Below, piece by piece: positions 28,354 to 32,000 of a stretch of DNA of 32,000 nt. A program made the translations under genes and the position numbers. The stretch spans positions 30,001 to 62,000 of the forward strand of contig ACYB01000038.1 in NCBI GenBank assembly GCA_000175855.1, in the 5' to 3' direction. Each line of letters begins with the position of its first letter. Position 1 is the first letter of the stretch. The notes beneath the pieces were generated by a model that was not told where the DNA came from, searched no databases, and saw nothing but the letters and a program-made list of their open reading frames with translations. This DNA is from Raphidiopsis brookii D9. Lineage in GTDB: Bacteria; Cyanobacteriota; Cyanobacteriia; Cyanobacteriales; Nostocaceae.

Positions 28354-28710
28354 CTAATTGCCGTTGTTAATATTAATGTTAGTTCTTCTCCTTCGTCCAG
28401 ACTCGTTTACACCTTGGTTGTTTTGTTCAGCTCGGTTAATGGAAGTATTATTATTACCTTGCACATCGGATGTTTGATTAACACGTTGGATTGTAGCATC
28501 ATCACCATCAGTACCTCTACCCCTGCGTACACGTTGGTTATTTTGGCGGGCTTCATTCACTACAGTGTTACCATCCCCAGTAATAACTGTGGTTTGGTCG
28601 CTCTCTTGGGAGACACCCGTATTACCACTCTGAGCATGGGCAGGAATAACTTGTGAAAGACCTAGTGTTAAAAAGCCTGCAGCCAATAAATTGACGATAA
28701 ACCTGTTCAT
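28354..28710 (-). CDS. Small secreted Q/N-rich protein with two ~31-35-aa imperfect repeats
   Basis: The likely ATG is at 28710 (MNRFIVNLL..), preceded by GGAGGAG; the track start at GTG 28722 is less likely. Signal peptide is ..IPAHA/QS. The repeats SQESDQTTVITGDGNTVVNEARQNNQRV and IQRVNQTSDVQGNNNTSINRAEQNNQGV share 13 of 31 positions by hand alignment. Confidence 0.55.
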   Translation of the reverse strand: MNRFIVNLLAAGFLTLGLSQVIPAHAQSGNTGVSQESDQTTVITGDGNTVVNEARQNNQRVRRGRGTDGDDATIQRVNQTSDVQGNNNTSINRAEQNNQGVNESGRRRRTNININNGN

Positions 28711-29012
28711 AATCTCCTCCACTCGAATCTAATCTTCTGCATTCAATTCTACAAAACTAATTCGGAGTCGGCCAAGATAGATTTACATTTCTTTACAATT
28801 TCATTCAGTAGATACGCTTAATATTTGGTTGGTTGATATACGGTTGTTAAACAGTTGTTAAAAATCGCCCATTTCAATAGGATCAAGCAATACCACAGGT
28901 AGTAATATATATTAGCCATATCCATAAATATAATTGTGGGTTCACTATTGGGAGTAGTCATTTATCAGCAAACATAAATATGGGTACCTCAATTGCTAGC
29001 ACTTTAGCTTTG

Positions 29013-29963
29013 TTATTTTGTTAACTCCGTTAGAGGTGCGCCAAGAGGGGTTTTATACCAATTCTTCTGATAAACGGGTAAACGTGGTAGTAGAGTCCAT
29101 CCACCAGATAGCAAAACTTCCCTAAGTCTATTTACTTCCCGATGAGGATAATCAGGATTAACTTCATCCTTAGGACCAATTCCTCCCAAATCCCTAGCTC
29201 CCGCATCCAAACAAGCCAATAACCAGTTTTCCTCGGGAACTAAATTGGGGGGAATTTGAATGGTGATATCCGATGGTAAAATCTCCCGCGCTTGAGCTAT
29301 GACCCCGGGTAGCTGATAAGGATCAAAAGCGACTTCATCAAAAGTTTGTTGAGATCCTGGACTATGGGGTTGTAAAATAACTTCTTGTATGTTTTGATAT
29401 TTTAAATGTAAGTCAGCAATAGCCATGAGGGTTTGTCGTCTATCATCCTCATTTTCACCTATTCCTAATAATAAACCAGTAGTAAAGGGAATTTGTAATT
29501 CTCCGGCCCATTGTAAATGTTGTAACCGTAATTCTGGAATTTTACTAGGTGCATGACGGTGAACAGTATGTAATAGTTTAGGGGTTAACTGCTCCAACAT
29601 TAACCCCATGGAAGCATTAACACTTTTGAGCTTTTGCATTTCTGAAAAACTGAGAATTCCAGCATTAGTATGGGGTAGAAACCCCATGGAAAGAGCTAGG
29701 AGACATAGGTCATAAATCAGTTCCAACCATTCCTGACGTCTAGATGATGAAGAGTGAACTTCACCGCTGAGAATTAGGATTTCACAAACACCTTGACCTT
29801 TGAGGGAAAGTAAAATTTTCTCTGCTTGCTCTAAGGTCATCCAAGGACGGGAACCTATATCAGAGCGAAAGTTGCAATAGGTGCACCTATTAAAACACTC
29901 GTATGTAGGAACAAGAGTGTATGCAGGGCTATAAGTGACTATCTGGTTGAGGAGTGGTAACAT
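29013..29963 (-). CDS. cofG: 7,8-didemethyl-8-hydroxy-5-deazariboflavin (FO) synthase subunit CofG
   Basis: 316-aa radical-SAM protein with a CxxxCxxC cluster (YECFNRCTYCNF). Also ..ILILSGEV.., ..GFLPHTNAG.., ..QIPFTTGLLLGIGE.., ..QEVILQPH.., ..GARDLGGIGPKDEVNPDYPH.. as in cyanobacterial CofG. Confidence 0.82.
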   Translation of the reverse strand: MLPLLNQIVTYSPAYTLVPTYECFNRCTYCNFRSDIGSRPWMTLEQAEKILLSLKGQGVCEILILSGEVHSSSSRRQEWLELIYDLCLLALSMGFLPHTNAGILSFSEMQKLKSVNASMGLMLEQLTPKLLHTVHRHAPSKIPELRLQHLQWAGELQIPFTTGLLLGIGENEDDRRQTLMAIADLHLKYQNIQEVILQPHSPGSQQTFDEVAFDPYQLPGVIAQAREILPSDITIQIPPNLVPEENWLLACLDAGARDLGGIGPKDEVNPDYPHREVNRLREVLLSGGWTLLPRLPVYQKNWYKTPLGAPLTELTK

Positions 29964-30188
29964 TATGAGAAATCACCAGAAAATGGTGTAAAGTCTGTAA
30001 TACTTAATATATATGGGTTTTTACGTCTGGATATCAAAATATAAAGAAATTTTAGTAGAGTATCTTTACAGGTATTATAAAGATGATACTGTTGGTTGGG
30101 AAATGATTATTTTTGGTAGCAAATGCATGTAATTTTCCCACATAAGCAACACTACTAGAAAATTTGACAATTCACTGACGCATTCAAT

Positions 30189-31421
30189 ATGTTAAACAAA
30201 ATACGTAATCTTTTTAGTAAATTTTTCAATAATACTGGAACGCTTAATCGAGAACCCCTAAATAAGGCAAGCTTGATAGTTATTATCATAATAGACGTTT
30301 TTATTCTAATCAATGTATTTACAGGATTGGACAGTATTGGTAGATGGCATCTTAGCCCTGACGACACTTATCCCTGTTATAACGAATGGAAAGGTTATCA
30401 AGAGCAAACCTCAGCAACTAAAGATTATGGAATAATTACTAATTCATTAATAGAAAATAATCAGCCCAACTTTAACACCCAATATAAACAGCAAGAACAA
30501 GGAAGATTGGGGAAAGTGTCAGAAATATGCCTGACCTATGGGCTATTAAAAGACAATTTAAATAGTGTTCAAAATCGGCAAGTTTTACAAACCATTAATC
30601 AGACTCAAGAAAAAATCAATGGGTTGGAGCAACAAAATGCCAACATTCGTAGTCAATACGATTCCACCCTTTTGGAAAAAATAGCTCGTCAACCTGATGG
30701 CAAGTCTATCAACCAAGTAAAAGCTGAGGAAGCTAGACAAAACCTAGATAGGAATACCAGGCAAATTGCCCAACTTAAAGAGGAAAATAAAAAGAGTAAA
30801 AATCAGCTACTCAACCAACCAGCAAGTGTCAAGTTTCTCTCGGTTTTGCAGGATAAAACCCAATTTTATAACTTAGTTAATGGCTATAAAACAGCGTCAT
30901 TTTGGTATCCCAGCATTCAAGTAACCCTGCAAGCTATATTCCTACTACCTTTAATTTTCATCGCTTCATTTATTTATGGTAAGTCACAACGCCAAGGGTA
31001 TGGATTAGTATCTCTAATTAGCTGGCATTTGCTAGTTATATTTGTGATTCCCCTAGTTATCAAAGTTTTGGAGTTTCTGCAAGTTGGTGTCGTATTTAAA
31101 TTCTTACTGGATATTATCAGTAACTTATTAGGAGGTTTACTATTCTTAGTTAGTTATGTTTATATTATAGTGATTCCCCTACTTGGTTTTGCGATTATAA
31201 AGTTGTTGCAAAGGAATGTAGTTTTTAATAGCAAAATTCAAGCTGGTAAAAGAGTACAGAACTCCCAGTGCATCAACTGTGGAAGAACCCTCAGGTCTCG
31301 TGAGGCCCATTGTCCCCATTGTGGTTATTACCAGTATGTGGAATGTCACCATTGCCATAACTTGACCTATAAGAAGTTACCCTATTGTTATCATTGTGGT
31401 ACTGAGCAAATTTCTCTATGA
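30189..31421 (+). CDS. Membrane protein with a Q/N-rich coiled-coil and a C-terminal double zinc ribbon (hypothetical)
   Basis: 410-aa ORF with one N-terminal TM helix, a ~200-aa polar/coiled-coil region, and a cluster of ~3-4 TM helices. It ends with CINC..CPHC..CHHC..CYHC. Its stop codon overlaps the next start codon (ATGA). Confidence 0.6.
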   Translation: MLNKIRNLFSKFFNNTGTLNREPLNKASLIVIIIIDVFILINVFTGLDSIGRWHLSPDDTYPCYNEWKGYQEQTSATKDYGIITNSLIENNQPNFNTQYKQQEQGRLGKVSEICLTYGLLKDNLNSVQNRQVLQTINQTQEKINGLEQQNANIRSQYDSTLLEKIARQPDGKSINQVKAEEARQNLDRNTRQIAQLKEENKKSKNQLLNQPASVKFLSVLQDKTQFYNLVNGYKTASFWYPSIQVTLQAIFLLPLIFIASFIYGKSQRQGYGLVSLISWHLLVIFVIPLVIKVLEFLQVGVVFKFLLDIISNLLGGLLFLVSYVYIIVIPLLGFAIIKLLQRNVVFNSKIQAGKRVQNSQCINCGRTLRSREAHCPHCGYYQYVECHHCHNLTYKKLPYCYHCGTEQISL

Positions 31422-32000
31422 CTGAATCCCTATTGAATATTCAAAATCTTTGTGTAGCTTATCCCCAAGATTATGACCAAGCTCCAATCTGGGCGGTTAA
31501 TGATGTATCCTTTAGTCTAAAACCAGGAGAAAAGATTGGTTTGGTGGGTGAGTCTGGTTGTGGTAAATCTACTATTGGTCGGGCAATTATGCGATTATTG
31601 CCTGACCATAGTCGGGTTCAAGGTCAAGTAAATTTTCGTGAGAGTTTAGTATTAGATTTAACTCCTGCTCAAATGCGACAGTTTCGAGGTGAAGCGGTAG
31701 CTTTGGTGTTTCAAGATCCCATGACCCGATTAGACCCATTAATGACTATTAGTGAACACTGTTTGGAAACCTTGGCTGCACATTCACCACAACTGACTAA
31801 AAAACAAGCTAAGGAAAGAGTTTTAGCCACCTTAGAAAAGGTAAAAATTCCTGGAAGTCGTTGGAGTCAGTACCCCCATGAGTTTAGTGGAGGAATGCGT
31901 CAAAGAGTGGCTATTGCTTTAGCTTTGTTGCTCAATCCCAAGTTAATTATTGCGGATGAACCAACAACCAGTTTAGACGTAACTGTTTCTGCCCAGATTT
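31418..32000 (+). CDS. ABC transporter ATP-binding protein, DppD/OppD-like (3' end outside the window)
   Basis: Open frame from ATG 31418 to the window end: MTESLLNIQNLCVAY... It has Walker A GESGCGKST, the signature FSGGMRQRV and Walker B LIIADEPTTSLD. It is absent from the ORF track because no stop is reached. Confidence 0.85.
   Translation, partial: MTESLLNIQNLCVAYPQDYDQAPIWAVNDVSFSLKPGEKIGLVGESGCGKSTIGRAIMRLLPDHSRVQGQVNFRESLVLDLTPAQMRQFRGEAVALVFQDPMTRLDPLMTISEHCLETLAAHSPQLTKKQAKERVLATLEKVKIPGSRWSQYPHEFSGGMRQRVAIALALLLNPKLIIADEPTTSLDVTVSAQI

Noticed and set aside
28279-28656. 125-aa plus-strand ORF (TTG start)
   Set aside because: It is antisense to the 28354-28710 secreted-protein gene, which has a strong RBS, an ATG and a signal peptide. 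The plus-strand product has none of these.
25963-28722. Calling the cluster a curli (csg) or Fap operon
   Set aside because: Only a loose compositional and repeat resemblance exists. I see nothing resembling CsgG, CsgE, CsgF or FapF. The repeat spacing differs from curlin repeats, and the proteins are Arg-rich and aromatic-poor. It is kept as an unassigned candidate system, not a homology claim.

Overview
This window looks like chromosomal DNA from a filamentous cyanobacterium, probably Nostocales. The lineage call is an inference from at least nine copies of the HIP1 octamer GCGATCGC, the AT-rich composition, and the gene content (psbY, pilM/N/O, cofG, a Ycf63/MlaE-type permease).

Most of the window is ordinary housekeeping genes:
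- Envelope and transport: MlaE-like permease, TolC-like outer membrane protein, a sugar-type ABC substrate-binding lipoprotein, and a partial DppD/OppD-type ABC ATPase.
- Metabolism: pgl, folC, cofG, a DUF1611/enolase-superfamily epimerase pair, a Rieske oxygenase, a VOC protein, and a gamma-carbonic-anhydrase-like protein.
- Photosystem and pilus: psbY (too short for the ORF track) and pilMNO.
- Other: a zinc-ribbon/FHA protein, an M50B-type peptidase, GNAT, a histidine kinase, tsaC, mazG, a DUF2227 protein, and tRNA-Val(UAC).

Five things stand out:
1. Five small signal-peptide proteins sit on the same strand at 25963-28722. Three are N/Q/T/R-rich paralogues sharing an imperfect repeat. I recognise no known domain in any of them. 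This is my best candidate for an undescribed extracellular system.
2. A pair of ~115-bp inverted repeats (about 90% identical by hand alignment) sits at 21927-22039 and 27137-27253. They bracket a 5.1-kb block, and each lies ~115-120 nt upstream of a start codon in the same relative orientation.
3. A more GC-rich AAA-ATPase/PD-(D/E)XK gene, flanked by ~0.5-kb non-coding regions, occupies the place where pilQ would normally follow pilMNO.
4. An orphan plasmid-type (CyRepA1-like, DUF3854 + P-loop) replication gene is split into three ORF pieces.
5. All three frameshifts in the window are 1-nt deficits in homopolymer runs, so sequencing error is a real alternative to pseudogenisation.

I found no CRISPR array, transposase or rRNA.
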